Origin: Eledone cirrhosa
Lineage: Eukaryota
DNA length: 64,000 nt
NCBI GenBank assembly: GCA_964016885.1
Contig: OZ024763.1
Span: 1,674,001-1,738,000, forward strand
Direction of reading: 5' to 3'
Numbering within the stretch: the stretch's first letter is position 1; the number at the start of each line of letters is the position of its first letter. A program made the position numbers and the translations under genes. The notes beneath the pieces were generated by a model. That model was not told the origin of the DNA. It searched no databases and saw nothing but the letters and a program-made list of their open reading frames with translations. This document shows positions 1 through 15,422 of the stretch, in pieces.

Positions 1-754
1 AACAGCTACAACAACAACAACAAGTCTCTAATGATCCTATGTTAATCTATTGAACTAACAATAAATGTAATAACAGCAACAGCTACAACAACAACAACAA
101 TAACAGCAACAGCTACAACAACAGCAACAGCAACAACAACAACAACAGCAACAACAACCCCAAGTCTCTAATGATCCTATGTTAATCTATTGAACTAACA
201 ATAAATGGAGGAGAAAGAAACATCAAAATGAAGACTTTCTCTTTTGTTTCATTACTTTTTACTGTCTTACCTCTGTAAGGTGTCTCTCTGTCTTATATAT
301 ATGTGTGTGTAGATGTGTGTGTGTGTGTGTATATGTGTGTGTGTATGTGTAGATATGTGAGTCTGTGTGTCTGTGTGTGTATGTATATGTGTATATATGT
401 TTTTATGTGTGTATATATATATATATATATGTGTGTATATATATGTGTGTGTGTATATATATGTGTGTGTGTATATATATGTGTGTGTGTATATATATGT
501 GTGTGTGTGTATATATGTGTGTGTGTGTATATATATATATGTGTGTATATATATATATATGTGTGTGTATATATATATATAAATGTATGTTTGCATATAT
601 ATATATATGTTTGTATATGCATGTGTATATATGTTTGTATATGCATGTGTATATGTATATATATATATATATATATATTTGTATATATGTGTGTGTATAT
701 ATATATATATAAGTATATCTGTTTGTGGGTATATGTATTTGTGTGTATACTCTT

Positions 755-796
<42 letters not shown>

Positions 797-1251
797 TGTC
801 TATATATATGTACATGTCTATATATATATATACATACACACATACACACATATATATATATATATATACATACATACACACACACATCTATCTACACCTC
901 ACCACACTCTCTCTCCAGCCTATCATCCTATCATTGGAGTTGAAGTGCACCTGAGCACTAAACACAACATTTCATTATTATTATTATTATTATCATCCTA
1001 TCCTTTCCTATAATATATAACTATAAGCAGTATTTAGTCTTCTCATTTCATGTCTTTTAGTCAGTTTATCCAACAACTCTTACTAAATTACTATGAAGAC
1101 AACACTAAAACTCAACTTACTCTCACAAAAAACTACAAATTATTATTCATAGCTACAAACATAACTTATTGGTATTTCTTGTAAGAATTGCACTGTTCAC
1201 TTTTTTCTTTTTCTTTGTATTGTGTCTTGGGTTTGTGTGTGTGTATGTATG

Positions 1252-1297
<46 letters not shown>

Positions 1298-1640
1298 AGG
1301 GTGTTAAAGTTTGCTTGAAGCATTGTGAAATGTGTAAAATACGTAATTTAGAAAGCCACAACAATGCAGAAACATTCTATCTCTAACATCCTTTCCCAAC
1401 ACACACACACACACACACACACAATAAACGCAACCTCACCAATGCACAATTTAATACTCTCACCAACCTAAGATCCAGGAACCTTGTGTACCTTCCCTCT
1501 GACAAGGGGAAAGAATTCTGTGTCATCTCGAGAGAGACCTACAACAACTTAGCTCTCCAACATCTTAATGACCACAGCCATATATCTGCATTGTTGTGGC
1601 TTTCTAAATTACGTATTTTATATATATATATATATATATA

Positions 1641-1837
1641 TCGTTTCTGAATTTGTTTAGCAAGATTCTTTATCTGAAATCGTGTGTTGAAACCGATATT
1701 GTTATACTTTGGGAGGGTCATGTTGCCAATAAGAAACACACGCACCAGTTGCTTTCACTTCAATTTATTATATATTTATAAATTTCTGGTTGGTTGGTTG
1801 GTTCCACAACCAGATAGTTGTTTATATATTGTCATAG
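1641..1837 (-). mobile_element. Penelope-like pLTR fragment, family D
   Basis: near-identical to 52641-52862; flanked by (TA)n. Confidence 0.65.
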
Positions 1838-1849
1838 CTATATATATAT

Positions 1850-1886
<37 letters not shown>

Positions 1887-1887
1887 G

Positions 1888-1945
<58 letters not shown>

Positions 1946-2007
1946 CTATATATATATATATATATATATATAGCTATATATATATATATATATCTATATA
2001 TATAGCT

Positions 2008-2336
2008 ATCATCATCATTTCATTTTACGTCCGCTTTTCCCTGCTTGCAAGGGTGGGATGGGAACTGATTCTGGCTTGATTTCTACAGCTGGATGCCCTT
2101 CCTAACACCAACCTCATTTACAGTGAGTGCTGGGTGCTTTTTTGACGTGGCACCTACACGTCCACTTTGCAGTGGAATGATATGGACCCCAGTCCCTATC
2201 ATCTCATTTCTACAGCTGATTAAACTGGAGCAATGTGAAATAAAGTGTCTTGCTCAAGGAAACAACACATCACCCGGTTGAACTCAGAACCTTTCGATTG
2301 CAAGACCAATGCTCTAACCACTAAGCCATGTGCCTC

Positions 2337-2338
<2 letters not shown>
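2008..2338 (-). mobile_element. tRNA-derived SINE with RTE-type tail
   Basis: A box TGGCTTAGTGG, B-box-like GAGTTCAA, central CCTTGAGCAAGACACTT, tail ...AAAAGCGGACGTAAAATG(ATG)n. Confidence 0.85.
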
Positions 2339-2406
<68 letters not shown>

Positions 2407-2467
2407 CTTCCCCAATAGCATCACCATCATCATAATCTTCATCAGCATTATTATTATCATTATTATA

Positions 2468-2670
2468 GGGCGGTGGATTGGCAGTATCGGTAGAGGGTCG
2501 GACGCCATGCTTTGCAGCATAGTTACGTCCCTTTACGATCTGAGTTCAAATCCCGCCGAGGTTAACTTTGCCTTTCATCCTTACGGGGTCGATAAAATAA
2601 AGTACCAGTAATGCACTGGGGCGTAATTGCTGGCCTTGTTCCTAAAGTAGAAACAATTATTATCATTATT
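2468..2670 (+). mobile_element. tRNA-derived SINE with Deu/Nin-like central domain
   Basis: GAGTTCAAATCC B box; GCCTTTCATCCTTACGGGGTCGATAAAATAAAGTACCAG; (ATT)n tail. Confidence 0.8.
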
Positions 2671-3574
2671 ATCATCACCATCGGCTTCATCATTTTCATT
2701 ATAACCATCATCTTAATCTTCACCACATTCACCATCATCATCACCACCACCATCATCACCACCACCACCATCATAATCTCCACCACATTCACCATCATCA
2801 TCACCATCACCATCATCACCACCACCACCATCATCATAATCTCCACCACATTCACCATCACCACCATCACCACCACCACCATCACCACCACCACCATCAC
2901 CACCATCACCACCACCATCATCATCACCATCATCAGCACCACCACCATCATCACCACCACCATCATCACCACCACCATCACCACCACCATCATCATCACC
3001 ACCACCACCACCACCATCACCACCACCATCATCACTACAACCACCACCACCACCATAATCTTTGCCATCATCATCATTACCATTATTAATAGTAAATATA
3101 TAATTGTTTATTAATAATAGCAGCCATATTGGTGGTGGTGATGGGGGAAGGAGTTGCCGTGTACTTTAATCAAGCTAATTTTATAGCCCTTTCCCATGCG
3201 CCACCACCTGTCCCACCCCCTGCGCCACCACCTGTCCCACCCCCTGCGCCACCACCTGTCTCACCCCTGTCCCACCCCTTAATTCAATCCTTTCTCCCTC
3301 ACTTATCAATATGTCTGAAAGACAAGACACAAACATACATACACCAACGCATGCATACACATGCACATACACTTGTACACACACACACACATGCACATAC
3401 ACTTGTACACACACACACACATGCACATACACTTGTACACACACACACATGTACATACACTTGTACACACACATACACACATGCAGACAAAAACAAATAC
3501 ATGCACATGCATTCACTCACACACACATACACACCAACACAAACACAGACACATGCATACACACACCAATACAC

Positions 3575-4505
3575 ACAGCAACACACTCCACACACACCAA
3601 CACACTCCACACACACCAACACACTCCACACACACCAACACACTCCACACACACCAACACACTCCACACACACCAACACACTCCACATACACCAACACAC
3701 TTCACACACACCAACACACTCCACACACACCAACACACTCCACACACACCAACACACTCCACACACACCAACACACTCCACACACACCAACACACACCAA
3801 CACACTCCACATACACCAACACACTCCACACACACCAACACACTCCACATACACCAACACACTCCACACACACCAACACACTCCACATACACCAACACAC
3901 TCCACACACACCAACACACTCCACACACACCAACACACTCCACACACACCAACACACTCCACACACACCAACACACTCCACACACACCAACACACTCCAC
4001 ACACACCAACACACTCCACACACACCAACACACTCCACACACACCAACACACTCCACACACACCAACACACTCCACACACACCAACACACTCCACACACA
4101 CCAACACACTCCACACACACCAACACACTCCACACACACCAACACACTCCACATACACCAACACACTCCACACACACCAACACACTCCACACACACCAAC
4201 ACACTCCACACACACCAACACACTCCACACACACCAACACACTCCACACACACCAACACACTCCACACACACCAACACACTCCACACACACCAACACACT
4301 CCACATACACCAACACACTCCACACACACCAACACACTCCCCACACACCAACACACTCCCCACACACCAACACACTCCCCACACACCAACACACACCAAC
4401 ACACTCCCCACACACCAACACACTCCCCACACACCAACACACTCCCCACACACCAACACACCAACACACTCCCCACACACCAACACACACCAACACACCA
4501 ACACA
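3575..4505. repeat. 19-bp minisatellite
   Basis: (CAACACACTCCACACACAC)n. Confidence 0.9.
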
Positions 4506-4608
4506 CTGATGTGATTATAGTAGTTAATAATCTTCTATAAATAACATCGTTTGCTTCTATTTTGTGTTTTTGTTTATTTGTTGTTACCAATATTGTTTTG
4601 TTTTTATT

Positions 4609-6085
4609 GTGGATTGGCAGTGTCGGTAGAGGGTCGGACACCATGCTAGGGCGGTAGATTGGCAGTGTCGGTAGAGGGTCGGACACCATGCTAGGGCGGT
4701 GGATTGGCAGTGTCGGTAGAGGGTCGGACGCCATGCTAGGGCGGTAGATTGGCAGTGTCGGTAGAGGGTCGGACGCCATGCTAGGGCGGTAGATTGGCAG
4801 TGTCGGTAGAGGGTCGGACGCCATGCTAGGGCGGTAGATTGGCAGTGTCGGTAGAGGGTCTGACACCATGTTAGGGCGGTAGATTGGCAGTGTCGGTAGA
4901 GGGTCGGACGCCATGCTAGGGCGGTAGATTGGCAGTGTCGGTAGAGGGTCGGACGCCATGCTAGGGCGGTAGATTGGCAGTGTCGGTAGAGGGTCTGACA
5001 CCATGTTAGGGCGGTAGATTGGCAGTGTCGGTAGAGGGTCGGACGCCATGCTAGGGCGGTAGATTGGCAGTGTCGGTAGAGGGTCTGACACCATGTTAGG
5101 GCGGTAGATTGGCAGTGTCGGTAGAGGGTTGGACGCCATGCTAGGGCGGTAGATTGGCAGTATCGGTAGAGGGTCGGACGCCATGCTAGGGCGGTAGATT
5201 GGCAGTATCGGTAGAGGGTCGGACGCCATGCTAGGGCGGTGGATTGGCAGTGTCGGTAGAGGGTCGGACGCCATGCTAGGGCGGTAGATTGGCAGTGTCG
5301 GTAGAGGGTCGGACGCCATGCTAGGGCGGTAGATTGGCAGTGTCGGTAGAGGGTCGGTGCCATGCTAGGGCGGTAGATTGGCAGTATCGGTAGAGGGTCG
5401 GACGCCATGCTAGGGCGGTAGATTGGCAGTGTCGGTAGAGGGTCGGACGCCATGCTAGGGCGGTAGATTGGCAGTGTCGGTAGAGGGTCGGACGCCATGC
5501 TAGGGCGGTAGATTGGCAGTGTCGGTAGAGGGTCGGTGCCATGCTAGGGCGGTAGATTGGCAGTTTCGGTAGAGGGTCGGACGCCATGCTAGGGCGGTAG
5601 ATTGGCAGTGTCGGTAGAGGGTCGGTGCCATGCTAGGGCGGTAGATTGGCAGTATCGGTAGAGGGTCGGACGCCATGCTAGGGCGGTAGATTGGCAGTGT
5701 CGGTAGAGGGTCGGACGCCATGCTAGGGCGGTAGATTGGCAGTGTCGGTAGAGGGTCGGACGCCATGCTAGGGCGGTAGATTGGCAGTGTCGGTAGAGGG
5801 TCGGACGCCATGCTAGGGCGGTAGATTGGCAGTGTCGGTAGAGGGTCGGACGCCATGCTAGGGCGGTAGATTGGCAGTGTCAGTAGAGGGTTGGACACCA
5901 TGCTAGGGCGGTAGATTGGCAGTGTCAGTAGAGGGTTGGACACCATGTTAGGGCGGTAGATTGGCAGTGTCAGTAGAGGGTTGGACACCATGTTAGGGCG
6001 GTAGATTGGCAGTGTCAGTAGAGGGTTGGACACCATGCTAGGGCGGTAGATTGGCAGTGTCGGTAGAGGGTCGGACACCATGCTT
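4609..6085. repeat. 45-bp minisatellite from a SINE head, about 32 copies
   Basis: (CTAGGGCGGTAGATTGGCAGTGTCGGTAGAGGGTCGGACGCCATG)n. Confidence 0.95.
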
Positions 6086-6495
6086 TGCAGCATAGATATG
6101 GCCCTTTATGCTCGGAGTTCAAATCCTGCCGAAGTTAACTTTGCGTTTCATCCTTACAGAGTCAATAAAATAAAGTACCAGTAATGTACTGGGGTCGATT
6201 TACTCGAATTTCCCCTCCCCCAAAATTGCTGGCCTTGTGCCTATATCAGAAATCATTATTATTATCTATAAAAGGCAGTGGATTGGCAGAATCAGTAGAG
6301 CGTTGGGTAAAATGTTTTGTGGCATTTATTCAGACTCTTTCCATTCTGAGTTCAAATCCGGCTGAAGTTAGCTTTACCCTTTATCCTTACGAGGGTTGAT
6401 ATTGATAAAATAAAGTACCAGTAATACGCTGGGGTTGATTCAATCAACTTTCCCTTCTCCCAAAATAGTTGGCCATGTGCCTAAATCAGATTATT
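6040..6495 (+). mobile_element. two tandem Deu/Nin-type SINE copies
   Basis: same motifs as 2468-2670; further copies at about 22095-22285, 39180-39640, 56380-56465 and 61370-61525 on minus. Confidence 0.8.
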
Positions 6496-6616
6496 TCTCT
6501 CTCTTTCTCTTTGTCTCTTTTTCTTTCTCTCTCTCTCTCTCTATATATATATATTATATTTGGGGAGGGTCATATTGTTATATTGCCAGAAATAATAATA
6601 AAACACACTACATATA

Positions 6617-7065
6617 TCATCATCATCATTTTACGTCCCCTTTTCTCTGCTTGCAAGGGTGGGACGGGTCCTATTCAGCACAGCATTTCTCCACTTGTCA
6701 CGGTCCTTCGTCATCTCCACCGTTAGCTTCAGCTATCTGAGGTCAGCTCTCACCATCTCCGCCCATGTTTTTCGTGGTCTTCCTCTACTGCGTCTTCCTC
6801 CCACTAGGATTTCTTGGCACTTATTTACCCAGCAATCATCCTCCATGCACATCACATCTCAGTCTTCTCTCCTGCACACTACAGCTTATCCCTCTTAAAC
6901 ACAGCTTCTCTCTCAACTCAACTCAACACATGTCCAGACCATCGCAGTCTTCTCTCCCACGCACTACAGCTTATCCCTCTTATACAGTTTCTCTCTCAAC
7001 TCCTCTATGCTTGGTCGTTCATGCACATCCAACGGAGCATGCTTGCTTCATTTCTCTCCAGCCGT

Positions 7066-7070
<5 letters not shown>
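6617..7070 (-). mobile_element. decayed RTE LINE 3' fragment
   Basis: homologous to 16141-16650. Confidence 0.8.
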
Positions 7071-7102
<32 letters not shown>

Positions 7103-7217
7103 AATCATTTTACGTCCACTTTTCCCTGCTTGCAAGGGTGGGTGGGACAGGTCCTCTTCACCACAGCATCTCTCCATTTGTCACAGTCCCTCGTCATCTC
7201 TCTCGCTCGCTCTCTCT

Positions 7218-7314
<97 letters not shown>

Positions 7315-7315
7315 G

Positions 7316-8173
7316 TAGAAGTACTATTTAAATTGTTGGGATACAACAAGCAAATATTTTTATAACTGATATAAAGCACTCAACAAATAATTGGAGTAAA
7401 AATACGATATTAACAAATGGAAACTATATTTATAAAACCATATTTATATATCTATCCGGGAGCTTCCAACAGAAATGGTCGCATTCTTTAAGGGTATGTC
7501 AATATTTATTTATAAAACTGCTCTATATTATATTTTATCTGATGAAAGCACACCATAACTTAACTTGATGTCCTTGAAATATGTATAATGAAATAAATAT
7601 GGTTTTATAAATATAGTTTCCATTTGTTAATATCGTATATATATATATATATATATAAAGAATGAATAATAACAGGTAGACATCATAAAAAGGTAATTTA
7701 TTCCGTGTGCTTACAAATATAAGCACACGGAATAAATTACCTTTTTATGATGTCTACCTGTTATTATTCATTCTTTATATACACTCCGGAATACAGAAGG
7801 ATCAGGAACTAAGTTTCTTCAACAATTCTTCAATAACTCGTAGAGTAACCTCTTACCGTACGTCAACCATATCCAGTGTAGTAATTAACCATTACTACAT
7901 CTTGGATAATCCTATACCTAATATATATATATATATATATATATAGGAAAGAGTAGGACCCCGACGGCTGAGCTCAAGCCGTTTCGACGGCTATTTTTGG
8001 ACCTAATTTAGGTCCAGAATTTAGGTCCTAATTTAGGTCCAGAATTAGCCGTCGAAACGGCTTGAGCTCAGCCGTCGGGGTCCTACTCGTTCCTATTACC
8101 CACTCTACTACCCTAAGTATTGAGTACTTTGGTGCGTTATGGTCCACCTGGTTCCTTACCACATTTCCTTTGT

Positions 8174-8175
<2 letters not shown>
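7316..8175. mobile_element. chain of three palindromic pLTR-like elements separated by (TA)n
   Basis: family A 7316-7636, perfect palindrome 7657-7776 with extension to about 7920, palindrome 7944-8095 with extension to 8175. Confidence 0.65.
7531..7595 (+). ncRNA. minimal type I hammerhead ribozyme, family A
   Basis: TATTTTAT-CTGATGA-AAGCACACCA..TGATGTCCTT-GAAA-TATGTA-TA-ATGAAATA. Confidence 0.7.
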
Positions 8176-8204
<29 letters not shown>

Positions 8205-9045
8205 TACACCTACACATATAGGTATGTGTATATATGTCTCATATAGGTATGTATGTCTAAATATATATATATATATACAGACACAGAATAAAGATGGTAT
8301 GGTAAATTCGATGACTTAGGTAGTGACATCACAGAACTGCCATGACAAAGAACCTAAAAGCCATGACTCTGATGACAATGACCAAGTCATGACTATGTTG
8401 ATATTCTGAAAACAATTGTATAATTTGTGCCATTATCAATGCTTTCTGTTGGGGGCCATTAAGAAAACAGTCCCACCACCCTCATCGACATTCACACACA
8501 CAAACACATGCACACACACAAACACATGTGCACACACACATACACACACACAAGCACGTGCACACACACACACACAAGCACATGCGCACATACACACACA
8601 CAAGCACATGTGCACACACACACACACACACACGCACACACACACACATGCACACACACACACAAGCGCACACAAGCACGTGCACACACACACACATGCG
8701 CATATACACACACACACAAGCACACACACAAGCACATGTGCACACACACACAAGCACATGCACACATACACACACACACATGCACACACAAGCACATGTG
8801 CACACACACACACAAGCACATGCACATACACAAGCACATGTGCACACACACACACACAAGCACACGTGCACACATGCACACACAAGCACATACACACACA
8901 CAAGCACATGCACACACACACACACAAGCACATGCGCACATACACACACACAAGCACATGCACACACAAGCACATGTGCGCACACACAAGCACATACACA
9001 CATACACACACACAAGCACATGTGCACACACACACACACACACAC

Positions 9046-9282
9046 ATGCAGGTATATAGACATAGTAAGTGTATCTATACACACACACACACACACACAT
9101 GCAGGTATATAGACATAGTAAGTGTTTCTATACACACACACACACACACATGCAGGTATGACATAGTAAGTGTATCTATACACACACACACACACACACA
9201 TGCAGGTATATAGACATAGTAAGTGTATCTATACACACACACACACACACACATGCAGGTATATAGACATAGTAAGTGTATC

Positions 9283-9334
<52 letters not shown>

Positions 9335-9361
9335 CAGATATATAGACATAGTAAGTGTATC

Positions 9362-9409
<48 letters not shown>

Positions 9410-9493
9410 TGCAGGTATATAGACATAGTAAGTGTATCTATACACACACACAAACACACACACATGCAGGTATATAGACATAGTAAGTGTATC

Positions 9494-9541
<48 letters not shown>

Positions 9542-9570
9542 TGCAGGTATATAGACATAGTAAGTGTATC

Positions 9571-9620
<50 letters not shown>

Positions 9621-9647
9621 CAGGTATATAGACATAGTAAGTGTATC

Positions 9648-9693
<46 letters not shown>

Positions 9694-9830
9694 TGCAGAT
9701 ATATAGACATAGTAAGTGTATCTATACACACACACACACACACACACACAGGTATATAGACATAGTAAGTGTATCTATACACACACACACACACACACAC
9801 ATGCAGGTATATAGACATAGTAAGTGTATC

Positions 9831-9882
<52 letters not shown>

Positions 9883-9968
9883 CAGATATATAGACATAGT
9901 AAGTGTATCTATACACACACACACAAACACACACACACATGCAGGTATATAGACATAGTAAGTGTATC

Positions 9969-10018
<50 letters not shown>

Positions 10019-10104
10019 CAGGTATATAGACATAGTAAGTGTATCTATACACACACACACAAACACACACACACATGCAGGTATATAGACATAGTAAGTG
10101 TATC

Positions 10105-10148
<44 letters not shown>

Positions 10149-10175
10149 CAGGTATATAGACATAGTAAGTGTATC

Positions 10176-10225
<50 letters not shown>

Positions 10226-10252
10226 CAGGTATATAGACATAGTAAGTGTATC

Positions 10253-10298
<46 letters not shown>

Positions 10299-10325
10299 CA
10301 GGTATATAGACATAGTAAGTGTATC

Positions 10326-10373
<48 letters not shown>

Positions 10374-10512
10374 TGCAGATATATAGACATAGTAAGTGTA
10401 TCTATACACACACACAAACACACACACATGCAGATATATAGACATAGTAAGTGTATCTATACACACACACAAACACACACACATGCAGGTATATAGACAT
10501 AGTAAGTGTATC

Positions 10513-10560
<48 letters not shown>

Positions 10561-11289
10561 TGCAGATATATAGACATAGTAAGTGTATCTATACACACAC
10601 ACAAACACACACACATGCAGATATATAGACATAGTAAGTGTATCTATACACACACACAAACACACACACATGCAGGTATATAGACATAGTAAGTGTATCT
10701 ATACACACACACAAACACACACACATGCAGATATATAGACATAGTAAGTGTATCTATACACACACACACACACACACACATGCAGGTATATAGACATAGT
10801 AAGTGTATCTATACACACACACATGCAGGTATATAGACATAGTAAGTGTATCTATACACACACACACACACACACACATGCAGATATATAGACATAGTAA
10901 GTGTATCTATACACACACACACACACACACATGCAGGTATATAGACATAGTAAGTGTATCTATACACACACACACACACACACATGCAGGTATATAGACA
11001 TAGTAAGTGTATCTATACACACACAAACACACACACACATGCAGGTATATAGACATAGTAAGTGTATCTATACACACACACACACACACACACACACATG
11101 CAGATATATAGACATAGTAAGTGTATCTATACACACACACACACACACACATGCAGGTATATAGACATAGTAAGTGTATCTATACACACACACACACAAA
11201 CACACACACATGCAGGTATAAGACATAGTAAGTGTATCTATACACACACACACACACATAGACATAAGTGTATCTATGCATATACACAA

Positions 11290-11322
<33 letters not shown>

Positions 11323-11470
11323 AACACACACACATGCAGTTATATAGACATAGTAAGTGTATCTATACACACACACACTCAAATGTAGGTACACAGACAT
11401 ACTGTGTATCTAGACATACATACACACACATGCAGTTATATAGACATAGTAAGTGTATCTATACACACAC
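9046..11470. repeat. compound minisatellite: constant 33-bp unit plus variable (AC)n
   Basis: ATGCAGGTATATAGACATAGTAAGTGTATCTAT-(AC)n, roughly 35-40 units. Confidence 0.93.
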
Positions 11471-12099
11471 ACACACACAAATGTATGTACACAGACATAC
11501 TGTGTATCTAGACATACATACACACACACATTTCAACAAACAAACATTAAAAATCTAAAATATCTTGTTTAAAATATATATGCAAAAAAGTAAAAAGAAG
11601 AGAAACTTGTCCAAGCCAAACAGCTGGAAAGCGTGTGTTATCGTTAGTTATAACAGTCACCTGTCTCACCTGTGGCATTCTGGCTAGAGAAAAAGCTTAA
11701 AAGCCAGTCACTAACTCAATAACAAACGAGTTTTTGTCGTAGTATTCATTAGCGAGCTGTTAGTAACATCTCCATTGAAAGAAACAAAACCAAAAGGTTT
11801 TCTATACGCAGAGATCATTCAGTCATCCATTTTAGTTAGGACAACAAACGGAGGAGCGGGGCGCAGAGTTTGGTGGGGTGAGGGAGTTTGGTGAGGGCTG
11901 ACGTGAGGGGGTTGAGGGCGAAAAGGTTTTTCGTTCTTTCAAATAAGCAATTTACTTTTGTTATCCACAAAATAAAGCGTCCCAATTGAAAGGGAGATTG
12001 AAGTAGAAAAGATATATATATGTGTGTATGTATATATATATGTATACACACACATATGTATATTTATGTGTGTGTGTATATATGTATATTTATGTGTGC

Positions 12100-12141
<42 letters not shown>

Positions 12142-12209
12142 ATGTGTATATATATATATATAAATTTTAGTACAGCATAGACGAAGCTCTAGTATACGGC
12201 CAAGCTAGC

Positions 12210-12253
<44 letters not shown>

Positions 12254-12513
12254 ACATACACATATATGTATATTTATGTGTGTGTGTGTATATATGTATA
12301 TTTATGTGTGCGTGTATATATGTATATATATATGTATATACATATATGTATATTTGTGTGTGCATGTATGTATATATATATATGTGTATGTATGAATGTG
12401 TGTGTGTATGTATATACGTGTGTGTATGATATATTTGTATATATATATGTGTGTGTGTATGTATATATGTATGTATATATGTGTATGTGTATATATATGT
12501 ATGTATATATGTG

Positions 12514-12550
<37 letters not shown>

Positions 12551-14576
12551 ACATACACATATATGTATATTTATGTGTGCGTGTATATATGTATATATAT
12601 ATGTATATACATATATGCATATTTATGTGTGTATGTATGTATATATATATATGTGTATGTATGTGTGTATGTATGTATGTGTGTGTGTGTATGTATATGT
12701 GTGTGTGTATGATGTATTTGTATATATGTGTGTGTGTATGTATATATGTGTGTGTGTATGTATATATATATGTGTATGTATGAATGTATGTATGTGTGTA
12801 TATATATGTGTGTATTTGTATATATATATATATGTATTTGAAAAAAAATATATATATATGTGTGTGTATGTATATACTTGAATGTAAATATATACATATT
12901 TGTGTATATATATATATATATGTATGTATATAAACAAAAAGCTCAAGTCTAATGAAGACTAAAATTAAACAGAAAGGTGAATAAACTTTTAATCTGTCAT
13001 AAAAGGTTGAAGTGGGGTGGGGTGGGGTGGGGGAGGCCCCAGGGTGGGACCCAATGGAAGGTGAGTGGGGATTATAGAACATAAAAGAGCGGCTGTTTAG
13101 AAGAATGTCATTTATATGGGTTTCAATTTGTACTACCTCCTACCCCACTGTGAAGGTCCACACACACACACATGTGCACATATACATGCACACACACACA
13201 CACACACACACCTGCACTCACACACACCGACACTCACACACACCTGCACACACAAACTCATATACACTCACACACATACAGACTCACACACACCAGCTCA
13301 CAGCTGCACACATACACACACACAAACTCATATACATTCACACACATACACTCACACACACCAGCACACAGCTGCACACACATGCACACATAAACACACA
13401 CTCTCACACACATACACTCACACATACAGACTCACACACACCGGCACACAGCTGCACACATATACACACACACTCATACACACATACTCACACACATATG
13501 CACACACCTGCACTCACACACAGCTGCACACACCTGCACACATACGCACACACAAACTCATACACACTCACACACATACTCACATACACTCACACATACA
13601 GACTCACACACCCCAGCACACAGCTGCACACACCTGCACACATACACAGACACTCTCACACACATACACACATAACTCACACATACAGACTCACACACCC
13701 CAGCACACAGCTGCACACACCTGCACACATACACAGACACTCTCACACACATACACACATACACTCACACATACAGACTCACACACACCAGCACACAGCT
13801 GCACACACATACACAGACACTCACACACATACACACATACACTCACACATACAGACTCACACACCCCAGCACACAGCTGCACACACCTGCACACATACAC
13901 AGACACTCTCACACACATACACACATACACTCACACATACAGACTCATACACACCGGCACACAGCTGCACACGTATACACACACACTCATACACACTCAC
14001 TCACACACACATACACACATGCACACACACACTCATACACACTCACTCACACACACATACACACATGCACACACACACACCTGCACACACACACACCTGC
14101 ACTCACACACAGCTGCACACACCTGCACACATACACACACTCATACACACACTCATACACACATACACACATGCATACATCTATATTTACATACACATTT
14201 ATATACAGATATACATGCACACACCACCAACACCCTACTAATGACAGTGATCAGAAAAGCTTCAAACATCAAACATCCAACCCACCCTAACCTGCTCCAG
14301 CCCTCTCCAACCCAACCGAACACACCCCACCCCACCCCAGCCTAGCCCCACCCCCAACCTAACCCACCCCTGTCCAGCTAGGGGGACAGTAACAACAGTA
14401 AATTACCAGGTCACATCATATGGTATCACTAATGTGGTTTACAGGTTTACTCTATCACGAGAAGGGAAACCAGTTGGGTTTGACAATGGAATATTTTGAC
14501 AATACCCAGTCAGAGAATTCCATTGATGCTCTATGGAGCTTCACAAAGACTGTTGGACCTTTGTTGATCATGACAG

Positions 14577-14653
<77 letters not shown>

Positions 14654-14691
14654 CAACCTTGCAAGCAGGGAAAAAGCGGACGTAAAATGAA

Positions 14692-14738
<47 letters not shown>

Positions 14739-14793
14739 TATTATATATATATATAGAGAGAGAGAGATATTATATATATATAGAGAGAGATAT

Positions 14794-14827
<34 letters not shown>

Positions 14828-14830
14828 TAT

Positions 14831-15114
<284 letters not shown>

Positions 15115-15117
15115 TAT

Positions 15118-15230
<113 letters not shown>

Positions 15231-15351
15231 GGAGGTGAGTTTTATTGTAGTACAATAAAGCAATGCAGATATCGGATAAGAAGCACTCTACAGTTTGTGG
15301 GACTGGAGTATGCATAATATAAGATCAAAAGATGGTTAAAGGAGTTCAATA

Positions 15352-15422
15352 TATTTTATTATGCGCATTTCAAAAACAAACATCATCAAACAATAATATT
15401 TGTGTTTTCATCAGATAAAACA
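15352..15422 (-). ncRNA. hammerhead ribozyme, family C (left arm of palindrome)
   Basis: reverse complement of 15548-15618. Confidence 0.78.

Noticed and set aside
1495-1545. Hammerhead at CTGACAA...GAGA
   Set aside because: Both core strands are mutated and no stems are convincing; at most a relic.
4584-6093. Repetitive MASDPLPTLPIYRPS proteins
   Set aside because: Antisense reading of a 45-bp SINE-derived minisatellite.
9046-11470. CRISPR-like repeat-spacer array
   Set aside because: Spacers are pure (AC)n, there are no cas genes, and the context is eukaryotic.
14420-14580. Possible exon in a unique island
   Set aside because: No donor site or recognisable homology in any frame.
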